Shown one piece after another: positions 51,225 to 60,314 of a stretch of DNA of 64,000 bases. Positions within the stretch are counted from its first letter, which is position 1; each line of letters begins with the position of its first letter. A model generated the notes under the pieces. The model worked only from the letters and a program-made list of their open reading frames with translations, did no database searches and had not been told where the DNA came from. The position numbers and the translations under genes are program-made. This stretch comes from an uncultured bacterium (lineage in GTDB: Bacteria; Armatimonadota; Abditibacteriia; Abditibacteriales; Abditibacteriaceae): the NCBI GenBank assembly GCA_963843795.1, contig CAWJLW010000010.1:62001-126000 (forward strand), in the 5' to 3' direction.

Positions 51225-51683
51225 ATGGCCCCGACAATTCCAGGCTGGCAAAGTTTGGCGCCGGGAAATCTGCCCACCAAACATCTGAATTTAACGTTTA
51301 GCGACTTCAATCCGAAAATAAAATTGGCCGCCTTCGACTTCGCTGGTTTTGTTGATATGAAAAATCTAGAAGCAGCGCAATTCGATTATTACTTCGATTA
51401 TTACCAAGATGCTTATTCGGCGAAAAAATCGTTTTCTGTAACAGGTCGCAATTACTACGGCCCTTTATTTTTCATTCAAATCAGCGAAAATTCGATAGAA
51501 ATTGAAGAATATTGTTGTCAAGACGCGCAGTGTCAGCAAACCTCGATGAAGCTACTCTATTCCTTGGCTTGCGAATTGAAATTGGAATTCGAGTGGCAGG
51601 CTTACTCTTGGTATTACGACAATCACCAATATAGCAATTTCCGCACGGGCAACGAACAGGAAATTCGCGCGCTGTTTTCGTAA
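51225..51683 (+). CDS. Hypothetical protein (aromatic/acidic-rich)
   Basis: AAGGA site, ATG start, 152 aa; no recognisable motif. Confidence 0.6.
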   Translation: MAPTIPGWQSLAPGNLPTKHLNLTFSDFNPKIKLAAFDFAGFVDMKNLEAAQFDYYFDYYQDAYSAKKSFSVTGRNYYGPLFFIQISENSIEIEEYCCQDAQCQQTSMKLLYSLACELKLEFEWQAYSWYYDNHQYSNFRTGNEQEIRALFS

Positions 51684-51694
51684 TCCCAAACCTA

Positions 51695-51728
51695 AAAAGC
51701 GTTCTGCAAGTACTTGCAGAACGCTTTT
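51695..51728. terminator. 34-bp perfect palindrome centred on GCAAGTACTTGC
   Basis: AAAAGCGTTCTGCAAGT|ACTTGCAGAACGCTTTT between convergent genes. Confidence 0.8.
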
Positions 51729-51742
51729 GGTTTTCATGAATT

Positions 51743-52903
51743 TCAACCCGGATTCAAATCCCACACATCAGGATGTTGATAGTTCACTAAAACGACCGAA
51801 TATGGATAAGGCTCGCCCTGACGTTTTTCGACGCGAATTGCGCCAGCGCGCGTGAGTCCATCCAAAACGCGGCGGCGCTCGTATTCAGCCAGAGAGGGTA
51901 AATCGTCAGCTAACTGGCGTAGAAAAGGGCCAAGCCACAGTTCGTTCGAGTGGCGTGTCGCGCCCAAACGGTGCAATTTTTCTAAGACAATTTGTAGGCA
52001 CTGGCGCTGTTTTTCATCAACCAAACGTTCAACGGGGGCGAAGTGAACCGGAACCAGATCGACGCTTTCTTCGCCACTTTCAATTTCGCGTTCCAAATCG
52101 CGCGTGGCATTTTCCAGTTCACGCGCGGCAGCTTCGCTGGCATCGGTATTCAAATTGGTTATGTTTTGTTCGCCACCTTCGCCGTTCTCGGCAGTAGAGC
52201 CTGCACCGTCTTCTACCGTTTCATCTTCGATTTGGTGACGCAACTGATCTAACTGCGCGGCGCGGGCTTTGTCTTCGATGGCGCGTGTTTGCTCTTCCCA
52301 GCGCGCGCGACGTTCCTCTTCCAAACGCAAACCTTCGGCGCGACGCGCTTCCAGACGCTCCCAAGTCGCGTCGTCTAAAAGTTCGCGCGCATCTAAAAAT
52401 TGCGCTTCTCCCAAATTCAAAAGCAGATCGCCGGAAACGGTTTCGCGAAAACCGACGCCCAAAACGTGGCGTGCTTGACGGCGCAAATGTTGAATCACGG
52501 GAATGTAATCGCGGTCGCCGGCGACTAAAACGAAAGTGTCGATTTCAGGGCGCGTATAAAGAGTTTCTAAAACGTCGATACACAAACGCATATCGGCGGC
52601 ATTTTTGTGATCGGTGCCCATGACATTTTTGGTATCGACACCTAAAAGATAAAGCGCGCCCTGTGGGGCGGATTCCAAGCGTTCAAAGTCGGCATAAGCA
52701 TTAAGCAAAATGCAATCGAGACCATATTGTTCAGCAATTTTTTCGCGCAGATTACGCAATAAATCTAAAATGTGATCGTTGAGGTCGGAAGGATCAAAAT
52801 AAGTATTTTTAAAAAAATAATAAACGTTCTCAAAATCTAGAAAAACCGCTGCAAAACGCGCTCGCTCGTGCTGCGGAGGGTTAAAACCGTTCGATGTATT
52901 CAT
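51743..52903 (-). CDS. NYN (LabA/DUF88, PIN-fold) domain protein with coiled-coil and winged-helix-like tail
   Basis: AVFLDFENV, AYADF, KNAADMRLCID, VAGDRDYIP. Confidence 0.88.
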   Translation of the reverse strand: MNTSNGFNPPQHERARFAAVFLDFENVYYFFKNTYFDPSDLNDHILDLLRNLREKIAEQYGLDCILLNAYADFERLESAPQGALYLLGVDTKNVMGTDHKNAADMRLCIDVLETLYTRPEIDTFVLVAGDRDYIPVIQHLRRQARHVLGVGFRETVSGDLLLNLGEAQFLDARELLDDATWERLEARRAEGLRLEEERRARWEEQTRAIEDKARAAQLDQLRHQIEDETVEDGAGSTAENGEGGEQNITNLNTDASEAAARELENATRDLEREIESGEESVDLVPVHFAPVERLVDEKQRQCLQIVLEKLHRLGATRHSNELWLGPFLRQLADDLPSLAEYERRRVLDGLTRAGAIRVEKRQGEPYPYSVVLVNYQHPDVWDLNPG

Positions 52904-52977
52904 ATAAACAGTCTGCCGTGATTGACGCTGCGACACAACTAAATTCGCAGCCCTGAATGACAAAATGACAATGACAA

Positions 52978-53013
52978 AACGACGGGCGCTTTTTGTCTAA
53001 AGCGCCCGTCGTT
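52978..53013 (-). terminator. Inverted repeat downstream of the protease gene
   Basis: AACGACGGGCGCTTT-TTGTCT-AAAGCGCCCGTCGTT. Confidence 0.7.
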
Positions 53014-53056
53014 CAAATTTCGATAAGCGAATTCGCCGTGTTACGGAGATGCGATC

Positions 53057-55591
53057 TTACCATTGCACGGTTATCACTATTGGCTTGTTCAAAGCGCTGC
53101 TTTGGATTTGCACTGCATCACCGATGCGTAAAGCTCCCTTTGAGAAATAGATCGTCACTGTCGTATCTTTCAATCCTACATCACTAATCGCAGCCTGGAC
53201 GCCATTAATGGCAGCGCCGCTGGTTAGCGAATCGTTGAACGAATTAAGAAAGCGCGAAGCATCCGAAGGCGTGGAAAAAGACAGTCCCACGCTGGAAGTC
53301 GCAGTGCTCGAAGAAACCGACGAGGGCGTTACAATTGTGTTGGGCGGCGGGTTCGGCCCTGTCGTGGTCAACCCGGAAGTAAAGCGCCAACGCACCAGAG
53401 CCAGTCCACCCGTCGGGCCAGTGCCATTGGCGCGTCCGGCCACAGCAATGCTATAGGTCACACCGGCACGCACCTGCCAATCGCGGCGCGAGGTGCTACT
53501 GCTATCAGTAGCCAGCGAGGGCGCAACTGGCGTTAAAGCCGTCACTGCACTGCCGGTATAGGGCGCGACAACCGGTACGAAGCGGGCCTGCACTAACATC
53601 GCGAAAACACCGTCGGCGGGTGCTGTCCAACGATACCAGATCGAAGCGCCAGCGACATCGGCAGCGTGTCGTGGCTCGCCGTTTTGATTGGTGGCAAGAG
53701 TGGTGTCGCCCACAAGAGTGCCCGAATTCGTAGTCAAAACGCGCGCGTTTTCAAAATCGTCGTTAGGCGGCGAAGGCTTGACCAGCCAACGCAGCAAAGT
53801 GCGCCCGGTGCCTGTGGCACGACCGTCAATCGCAATTTGATAAATCACGCCGCTCGTGATGCGAAAAGTGACACGGCTCACGCGGGCGTTATCGGTAGCA
53901 GTCGCCACACGCGTCAGCGTGTTCAGAACATTGCCGGTGTAAATCGCCATTTGCGGCACAAAACCATCGCCGTTAATTTCAAAAGTGACCTGCCCGTTGC
54001 TTGGAGCCGCCCACGAGTACCAGATCGAGTGTCCGCCCGCATCGCTGCCGTGCAAAGGTTCGCCACTTTGTAAAGTCGCTCCGACATTGGTGCCATAAGT
54101 GCTGCCCGTGTTGCCTGCAAGTACTTGCGCGCTGGCGAAATCATCGTTGGCAGGTTTGGGCGCAGCAGGTGTGGGAGTTGGCGCGGTCTGCAATTGCCAG
54201 CGCAACACGACGCTGCCCGTCGCGACCGGCGTAGTCGCATCGCTATATCCATCAATCGCGATTGCATAGGTTTGACCAGACACAGCATCGAACTGGACGC
54301 GGCTGGTGCGAATATTATCGTCCTGATCGTCGTTAGCGGTTACAGGCGTCAACTGCGTCAGTTGGCTACCGGTATATACCGCCATAACGGTATCGAAGCC
54401 GCTGCCCGCAGTTGAGAAAACCACGCTACCGCTGCTCGGAGCCGTCCAGCGATACCAGATCGAAGCGCCGCCCGGTGTATTAGCGTGCACAGGCTCACCG
54501 CTTTCGCGAGTCGCGCGCACCGAGGTGCCCGTGACGCTACCCGTTGCTCCCGAAATCGGCTGTGCATTAACGAAGTCGTCGTTGGGCGGGCCGGGCACCG
54601 GCGTCGCGGTGGCAATGGGAGTCGCGGTTGGTAAAGGTGTCGAACCGCCGACCTGTCCCCAACCGACATCCAAGAAAATCGCGTAATTAAGCGGTCCGGG
54701 CGCGTGCGGATTGCCCGTCGCAAAGGGCGTCATCAATTCTTCGGCACCGCTGTAAGTGTCTTCATCCAGATGATAAATGCTCGAACCGCCGCTGAAGCTG
54801 GCGGGCGCATACAATTTGGCGCCACTGCTGCTGACCGTACGGGTTTTTGGACCGACAAAAAACAGGTTATTGCTACGTACTGCCGCGCTGCGTTGCGCGG
54901 CGCCCAGACTGGTAATTAGAGTGCCATTAGCGCCCAGCGCTACGTAGCGGTCGAACGAAGAAATCGCGTCGTTGGAAAAACCTGAGCCGTTATACAAACC
55001 GGTGAAGCCCAATCCGTGGCCGAGTTCGTGCAACACAACCGCGAAAAAATCGCTGTCTTTGGCATTGCCATTGGCATCGGTCGGCGGGCGTCCGTCCAGA
55101 CCATAATAAAAATCGCTGTCGCCCAGCACGGTCTGGTTATCAACATCAGAATTGAAAAACGCTACAATGTCGGGCGTAGTGGGATCGAGATCGCCGCCCG
55201 CGAATTGGTTGGCCAAACCTTTGACGTAAAACGTGTTGCTCAGCGGTGGATTGAAACCATTACCACTGGCGAAAAATCCGGCTGGCCCGGCTTGTCCTAG
55301 GGTCGCTAAAGTGGCCGAACCACCTAACGGATCGAAATTGGCTTTGATGCGCACCGGAATAGTGCCCGGCAAACGCTGGCTCCATACCGAAGCCGCTGCT
55401 TCAAAGGCGCGACGGCGCAGCGCTCCCAGAGTTGGGTCGTTGAAGCCTTCATCCGCGCCATCGGCGTAAATCACTTGCACCGGCACCGCCTGCGCGCGCG
55501 GCGCAACAACACTCGCACCAGCGCACAAAATCAATAATGCCCATAAAAGCTGCCAACCGTTGCGCACTTTTTTATCACTGTTTTGCGTCAT
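53057..55591 (-). CDS. Secreted zinc metallopeptidase with three PPC-like beta-sandwich repeats
   Basis: HELGHGLGF zincin motif, ELMTP Met-turn; three repeats P(P/A)NDDF...SIWY.W.AP; Pro/Thr linkers. Confidence 0.85.
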   Translation of the reverse strand: MTQNSDKKVRNGWQLLWALLILCAGASVVAPRAQAVPVQVIYADGADEGFNDPTLGALRRRAFEAAASVWSQRLPGTIPVRIKANFDPLGGSATLATLGQAGPAGFFASGNGFNPPLSNTFYVKGLANQFAGGDLDPTTPDIVAFFNSDVDNQTVLGDSDFYYGLDGRPPTDANGNAKDSDFFAVVLHELGHGLGFTGLYNGSGFSNDAISSFDRYVALGANGTLITSLGAAQRSAAVRSNNLFFVGPKTRTVSSSGAKLYAPASFSGGSSIYHLDEDTYSGAEELMTPFATGNPHAPGPLNYAIFLDVGWGQVGGSTPLPTATPIATATPVPGPPNDDFVNAQPISGATGSVTGTSVRATRESGEPVHANTPGGASIWYRWTAPSSGSVVFSTAGSGFDTVMAVYTGSQLTQLTPVTANDDQDDNIRTSRVQFDAVSGQTYAIAIDGYSDATTPVATGSVVLRWQLQTAPTPTPAAPKPANDDFASAQVLAGNTGSTYGTNVGATLQSGEPLHGSDAGGHSIWYSWAAPSNGQVTFEINGDGFVPQMAIYTGNVLNTLTRVATATDNARVSRVTFRITSGVIYQIAIDGRATGTGRTLLRWLVKPSPPNDDFENARVLTTNSGTLVGDTTLATNQNGEPRHAADVAGASIWYRWTAPADGVFAMLVQARFVPVVAPYTGSAVTALTPVAPSLATDSSSTSRRDWQVRAGVTYSIAVAGRANGTGPTGGLALVRWRFTSGLTTTGPNPPPNTIVTPSSVSSSTATSSVGLSFSTPSDASRFLNSFNDSLTSGAAINGVQAAISDVGLKDTTVTIYFSKGALRIGDAVQIQSSALNKPIVITVQW

Positions 55592-55684
55592 TTTCCTGTT
55601 CCTTATTTCCCAGTTATGCTTTCGTTTTGGTCTGTATTGGCACTGCAAGTACTTGCAACAAGGACCTGCAGCACGGTGAAGTCA

Positions 55685-56224
55685 TCAACGTTCGTATTTG
55701 GCAACAGGTTTTTTGGCGATATGTTTAGCGTGTTGCGCAGGAGTTTCGCCGGGCACGCATTCATGAACGAGTGCGCCGTTTTCATCGCGCCGCGCCGTTT
55801 CATGCAGAAGATAGTTCTGGTCGGGCACCAGAGCAATTCCACCCAAAGAAGTCTTGCCATTTTCGCGGCGCCACGTTGTCTGGTTGCGAGCCGTGTAACC
55901 ACCTTCGGGAATTTTACCGCCCGGCAACACACGAACCCACGATTTGCCATCGGCGCTCTTTTTCATGTTTGGGGCTTTGCTGACCGAAGCATTCGCAGCG
56001 GGTTTGGTGGGCGCATCGGGAATCGAAACGGTTTCGACACCGGGAAATTCGGAGGGCCGCATCACGCCATCCATCACTGGAGCGCTGGGCGCAGTTTCCG
56101 TAGTAGCAATTATCGCGGGCGCAGAAGTTGAGGGCGCACTGAAAGCCGTCGAACCGGCTTGCCACGCGATAGCGCCGCCCGTCACCGCGACGGCGGCCAT
56201 AGCGACCAAATGTTGAGTTTTCAT
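55685..56224 (-). CDS. Small secreted protein upstream of the peptidase
   Basis: AAGGAG site; signal peptide; C-terminal ARRDENGALVHECV. Confidence 0.7.
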   Translation of the reverse strand: MKTQHLVAMAAVAVTGGAIAWQAGSTAFSAPSTSAPAIIATTETAPSAPVMDGVMRPSEFPGVETVSIPDAPTKPAANASVSKAPNMKKSADGKSWVRVLPGGKIPEGGYTARNQTTWRRENGKTSLGGIALVPDQNYLLHETARRDENGALVHECVPGETPAQHAKHIAKKPVAKYER

Positions 56225-56374
56225 TATTTCTCCTTGCACACCAACGGCACTCCGAGCGCTCGTTGGTCATTTCAATTTTTATCGAGAACCACGTTATGTT
56301 TTGCCATACTCACTGCGCAGTGTGCCAAATTTTGAGGCAGCGAATCATAAAGTTTCGTCAAAATAGCAAGAGTT

Positions 56375-58678
56375 TCAGCGGCGCAACATCAACACATCGG
56401 CGTCGCGCAGCGGCAAATTCACGCGAATGCGGTCGCCATCGCGCGTGAATTCCAAACGACCTTGCTCTGCCGAACCGACCGATTGAATGTCACCTGCATG
56501 AGGAATTGTGACTTCGATATTGTTCTGTTCGGCTTCGCTCCAATTGAGCAGTGTAATCGCAATGCCCGCGGGCGATTCCAAGCGCGCAGCTTCGATATTG
56601 GGCACGTTGATCGAGGCGTTTTTCGGCGCGCGCGTCAAGCGTGGCGCGGCCAGAAGTACTTTGACCAGCGCTTGATCGACGCCGCGCACGGCGGGGCCGT
56701 AACCGGCTTTGGTTTGATCGTAATAATGCGTGCCCGGCCAGAAACCATAAGCCGCGCACAAGCCCTGACCGAAGCGATGACGCGTCAAAACCGTCTGGCC
56801 TTCCGAAGTCGCTTCCACAATTGCATCGCGCGCCTGCAACGGAACCAGAGGGCGCGGGGCGGTGTAATTGTCGCCCCAATCCGCGCCGTTGAAAGCAATG
56901 ACGTGACGTTCGCCGCCTCCAGAAGCCTGCGTTAAACGCTGCGGAATCTGCGAAGTCGCACCACGCGCTTCGTCCATTATCGTGGTAGGCGTATTATATT
57001 CATCCGCAGTTGCAGCGCCCGGACTGAGCACACAAGTCCCACCACCGCGAATCCAATCGCTCAACTTCTGCTGCGCGGCGGCGGCCACGTTGGGCGCGGT
57101 CACGAAAATCAAATTGTAATTACGTGCGCTTAATTCGCCGTTGGCCAGCGAAGTTTCGTCCAGAAAATCGACCTGATAACCATTGTTGACCAGCGCGTGG
57201 TGCAAGCCGCGAATCTCAAAATTATACAGTGGTGCAAGCGGCGAATCGTCCCACACATAAGCCGAACTGGGCAGCATGATCGCCACGCGCGAGGCGACTG
57301 GGCGGCCCGGATACAGCAAATCTTCCGCGCGCCCGATTAGCGCATTGGCACTGGCAATTGCAGGAATCGCTGCCGCATTTTCTGAATAACCGTCGCCGAA
57401 AATCTTGTTCGGCCCGTAGGTATACCATTGCACGACTTTAGCACCGTGACCGACCAACGATAGAGCTTTCAAACGCGCGCCCCAGTTGGAACTCAGCGCT
57501 TTGCCGACCACGTAACCACCGAACTCATGAACATCGCCGCCCAATTGTTCGGGTACAGCGGGCCAATTTTGGCCATTGGCTTCAAACGCCGCCGCGCGCA
57601 ATACATCGGCATTCATCGACCATAATTCCGCGCTGCGGTCATCAAACCAATCCTCACTCCAAAATGCGCCGACAGCTTTTTGGCGGCCCGCGTCCATCCA
57701 ATCGAGCAAGCCTTCGCCCGCGTCCGGCCCGGTGTCGGAATTATTGGCGAACTTGACATTGGGCGAAGGAATATACCAGCGGCTCAGCGAATTTTGCCAG
57801 TTGGAGGTCGTGAGCATTTGCGCGCCAAATTGCGCTTTAAGCGCTTCACTCCACTGCTGCAAACCCAGCGCGGCCATTTCGGTCGAATAGCGTGCACTCC
57901 AATAATGCAAGCGGCGCAGCGGCAAAGATGTCGCCTGTGAACGTCCGATGGGTTTGACCTGGTTCCACGAAACGCTGCCCAAATCCTGCGGTTGCAAACC
58001 CTTATTTTGCAACCACTGCGTCCACATCTGCTGGCGTCCGGCATTGGCCACCATTTGGGTGTAAATATTCGGAAAATACCAGCCCGGTTCGTCGGCAACA
58101 TGGAACAAAGCGATGCGCGACACATCGACGCCGCGATTATCCAACGTCGGTTTGGCAACTGTATTAGCGATTTCTCTCGTCCACGCGCTGCGCTTTTGTA
58201 AGGCCATCGCGTCTTCGTTCCACGCCAGAATGCCCGGATTGGCCGTCTGGCGGTCGTAAGGCTGATAGACCGCGCGCCAACCGCGCGTAATGCCCAAAGT
58301 ATTAGCAAGCTGCGGGACGGTGGCATCGAGCGCGCCGAAACGGTCGAACATTCCCGTATTAATGCCCATATCGGCCAGCATATTGATTGAACCATCGAGC
58401 AAATTCGCATCGGGCGTGCTCTGCCCGATCACACGGTCGGCAATGATGAAACGGCGCGGGCGTTGGCTAGCCGGAACTGCGACCGCGCGCGCCCGCGCGA
58501 AGTCGCGCGCGTAAACATCGTTGGCTGCTTGCGCCACATTTTGCGCCGCGGCTTTTCGACTGACGGTTTTAACGGTTTGCGGAGTTTGCGCACACGCGAC
58601 GCCGCTCAAAACTAAGCCGCTCAGCGCGGTGACATTAAGCGGAAGTGCGTGAAAAAGGGTTCGATAAATGAATTGCAT
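56375..58678 (-). CDS. Secreted GH42-like / beta-galactosidase trimerisation-domain protein
   Basis: Signal peptide; ADEP; SRVAIM...GLHHAL..NGYQVDFLDE; WIRGGG; ADEYN; GQGLCAAYGF. Confidence 0.65.
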   Translation of the reverse strand: MQFIYRTLFHALPLNVTALSGLVLSGVACAQTPQTVKTVSRKAAAQNVAQAANDVYARDFARARAVAVPASQRPRRFIIADRVIGQSTPDANLLDGSINMLADMGINTGMFDRFGALDATVPQLANTLGITRGWRAVYQPYDRQTANPGILAWNEDAMALQKRSAWTREIANTVAKPTLDNRGVDVSRIALFHVADEPGWYFPNIYTQMVANAGRQQMWTQWLQNKGLQPQDLGSVSWNQVKPIGRSQATSLPLRRLHYWSARYSTEMAALGLQQWSEALKAQFGAQMLTTSNWQNSLSRWYIPSPNVKFANNSDTGPDAGEGLLDWMDAGRQKAVGAFWSEDWFDDRSAELWSMNADVLRAAAFEANGQNWPAVPEQLGGDVHEFGGYVVGKALSSNWGARLKALSLVGHGAKVVQWYTYGPNKIFGDGYSENAAAIPAIASANALIGRAEDLLYPGRPVASRVAIMLPSSAYVWDDSPLAPLYNFEIRGLHHALVNNGYQVDFLDETSLANGELSARNYNLIFVTAPNVAAAAQQKLSDWIRGGGTCVLSPGAATADEYNTPTTIMDEARGATSQIPQRLTQASGGGERHVIAFNGADWGDNYTAPRPLVPLQARDAIVEATSEGQTVLTRHRFGQGLCAAYGFWPGTHYYDQTKAGYGPAVRGVDQALVKVLLAAPRLTRAPKNASINVPNIEAARLESPAGIAITLLNWSEAEQNNIEVTIPHAGDIQSVGSAEQGRLEFTRDGDRIRVNLPLRDADVLMLRR

Positions 58679-58828
58679 GATTTGCCTTTGGGGAGCTAAG
58701 TCGGGGCCACGAAAGAAGTCCTGCAAGTACTTGCAGGGCATGAAGAACTGTCGCGCTCAGACGCAGCGCAGAATTTCGAGTTCACCCCTAACCATTTCGA
58801 CACAGCTCTTGAGGCAACTACAAACGGC

Positions 58829-58872
58829 AAAAGCCCGCATTTTCTGGTGAATTCAGAAAATGCAGGCTTTTT
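58829..58872 (-). terminator. Intrinsic terminator downstream of ferredoxin
   Basis: AAAAGCCCGCATTTTCTG...CAGAAAATGCAGGCTTTT. Confidence 0.75.
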
Positions 58873-58887
58873 TGACACGTCTAGAAA

Positions 58888-59133
58888 TTACTTGCCTTCA
58901 AAGAAGGCGGCGTTTTTGGCGGTGTATTCTTTCCATTCGACTGGCAGGCTGGTGTCGGTGAAGATGGCTTCAACCGGACATTCCGGTTCGCAGGCACCGC
59001 AATCGATGCACTCGGCGGGGTTGATGTACATCTGCGGCGAATCATCATCGCCGTGAATGCAATCGACCGGACACACTTCGACACAGGCTTTATCTTTCAC
59101 ATCAATGCACGGCTCGGCAATCACATAAGTCAT
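58888..59133 (-). CDS. fdxA: 7Fe (3Fe-4S/4Fe-4S) ferredoxin
   Basis: MTYVIAEPCIDVKDKACVEVCPVDCI...ECIDCGACEPECPVEAI. Confidence 0.95.
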   Translation of the reverse strand: MTYVIAEPCIDVKDKACVEVCPVDCIHGDDDSPQMYINPAECIDCGACEPECPVEAIFTDTSLPVEWKEYTAKNAAFFEGK

Positions 59134-59244
59134 ACTGTTTCTCCAGTTAAATCAAATTTCAAGCGGCTGCAGATGACCCTGCAAATAACATGCAAGTACT
59201 TGCGGCACGTTTTAAAAGATACGACGCACCGCCCATGCCGTCCA

Positions 59245-59259
59245 ATACCGATTTCGTAT
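59245..59259. promoter_or_regulatory. LysR-type binding box ATAC-N7-GTAT
   Basis: ATACCGATTTCGTAT (T-N11-A dyad) in the fdxA/lysR divergent spacer. Confidence 0.55.
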
Positions 59260-59350
59260 GCGAGCCTTAACTTCAGGTTATGACCCCAATTCAGGTTATG
59301 ACCCCAATTCGCCCTGCAAGTACTTGCGAGACTTGCAGCATTCGTAATCT

Positions 59351-60274
59351 ATGAACATTCATCAACTCGCGGTTTTTCACGCTGTGGCCGAAAATTCCAG
59401 CGTCACGCGCGCTGCGGAAAAACTTTTCATTTCGCAGCCCGCAGTTTCCAAGCAACTGCGCGAACTCGAGCGCAGTTTAGGCATGGCGCTTTTTCATCGA
59501 CTTTCCACCGGCGTGCGCTTGACCGAAGCGGGCGAGTTGTTGTTGGGTTATAGCCGACAGATTTTCGCTTTGGAAACCGAAGCCGAAGCCGCGCTGCATG
59601 AACTGCATAATTTAGAACGAGGCCGTTTGCGCGTCGGGGCCAGCACGACAATTGGGACTTACGTTTTGCCGCCAATTTGCGCGCGCTTTGGCCGCCAGTA
59701 TCCGGGCATTGATTTGTGGCTCGATATCGCTAACAGCGCGGCGATTATTGAACGTTTGCGCCGTCAGGAAATCGATTTGGCATTAGTCGAAGGTTCATCA
59801 ATTCCACTCGAAAACGAGGAATTTATCGCCGATATTTTTCTCGAAGATCATCTGGTTCCCATTGCCTCGCCTTTTCATCCTTTGAGCTGTTTGCGCGACT
59901 TAAACTTTGAAAAGTTGGCCGAGCAGCCGTTATTGTTGCGCGAAGCCGGTTCGGGCACGCGCGAAGTGCTGGAAGCCGAATTCGCACGACGCGGCGCGAA
60001 GCCGATTCTGAAAATGACATTAGGCAACAGCGAGGCCATCAAACGCGCGGTGAGCGCGGGCGTTGGCCTCAGTTGGATGTCGAAATTGGCGATAGAAAAC
60101 GAAGTCGAAAACGGCAGCTTGAAAATTTTGGGCGACGATTCACTACATATCGCCCGCACGCTGCATCGTCTGCGCGTGCCCGGCCGCTACGAAAGCCGCG
60201 CCGCGCGCGAATTTCAGCGCCTACTGCGCCGCTGGGTTCAAGGCGACGAACACAGCATGGAAACTGAATTGTAA
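59351..60274 (+). CDS. LysR-family regulator (CysL/YeiE-like)
   Basis: SVTRAAEKLFISQPAVSKQ, GASTTIGTY, REAGSGTR, SEAIKRAV. Confidence 0.93.
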   Translation: MNIHQLAVFHAVAENSSVTRAAEKLFISQPAVSKQLRELERSLGMALFHRLSTGVRLTEAGELLLGYSRQIFALETEAEAALHELHNLERGRLRVGASTTIGTYVLPPICARFGRQYPGIDLWLDIANSAAIIERLRRQEIDLALVEGSSIPLENEEFIADIFLEDHLVPIASPFHPLSCLRDLNFEKLAEQPLLLREAGSGTREVLEAEFARRGAKPILKMTLGNSEAIKRAVSAGVGLSWMSKLAIENEVENGSLKILGDDSLHIARTLHRLRVPGRYESRAAREFQRLLRRWVQGDEHSMETEL

Positions 60275-60314
60275 AAATGAAGCGTAGAATGCAAGTACTT
60301 GCCCAATAAATTTT

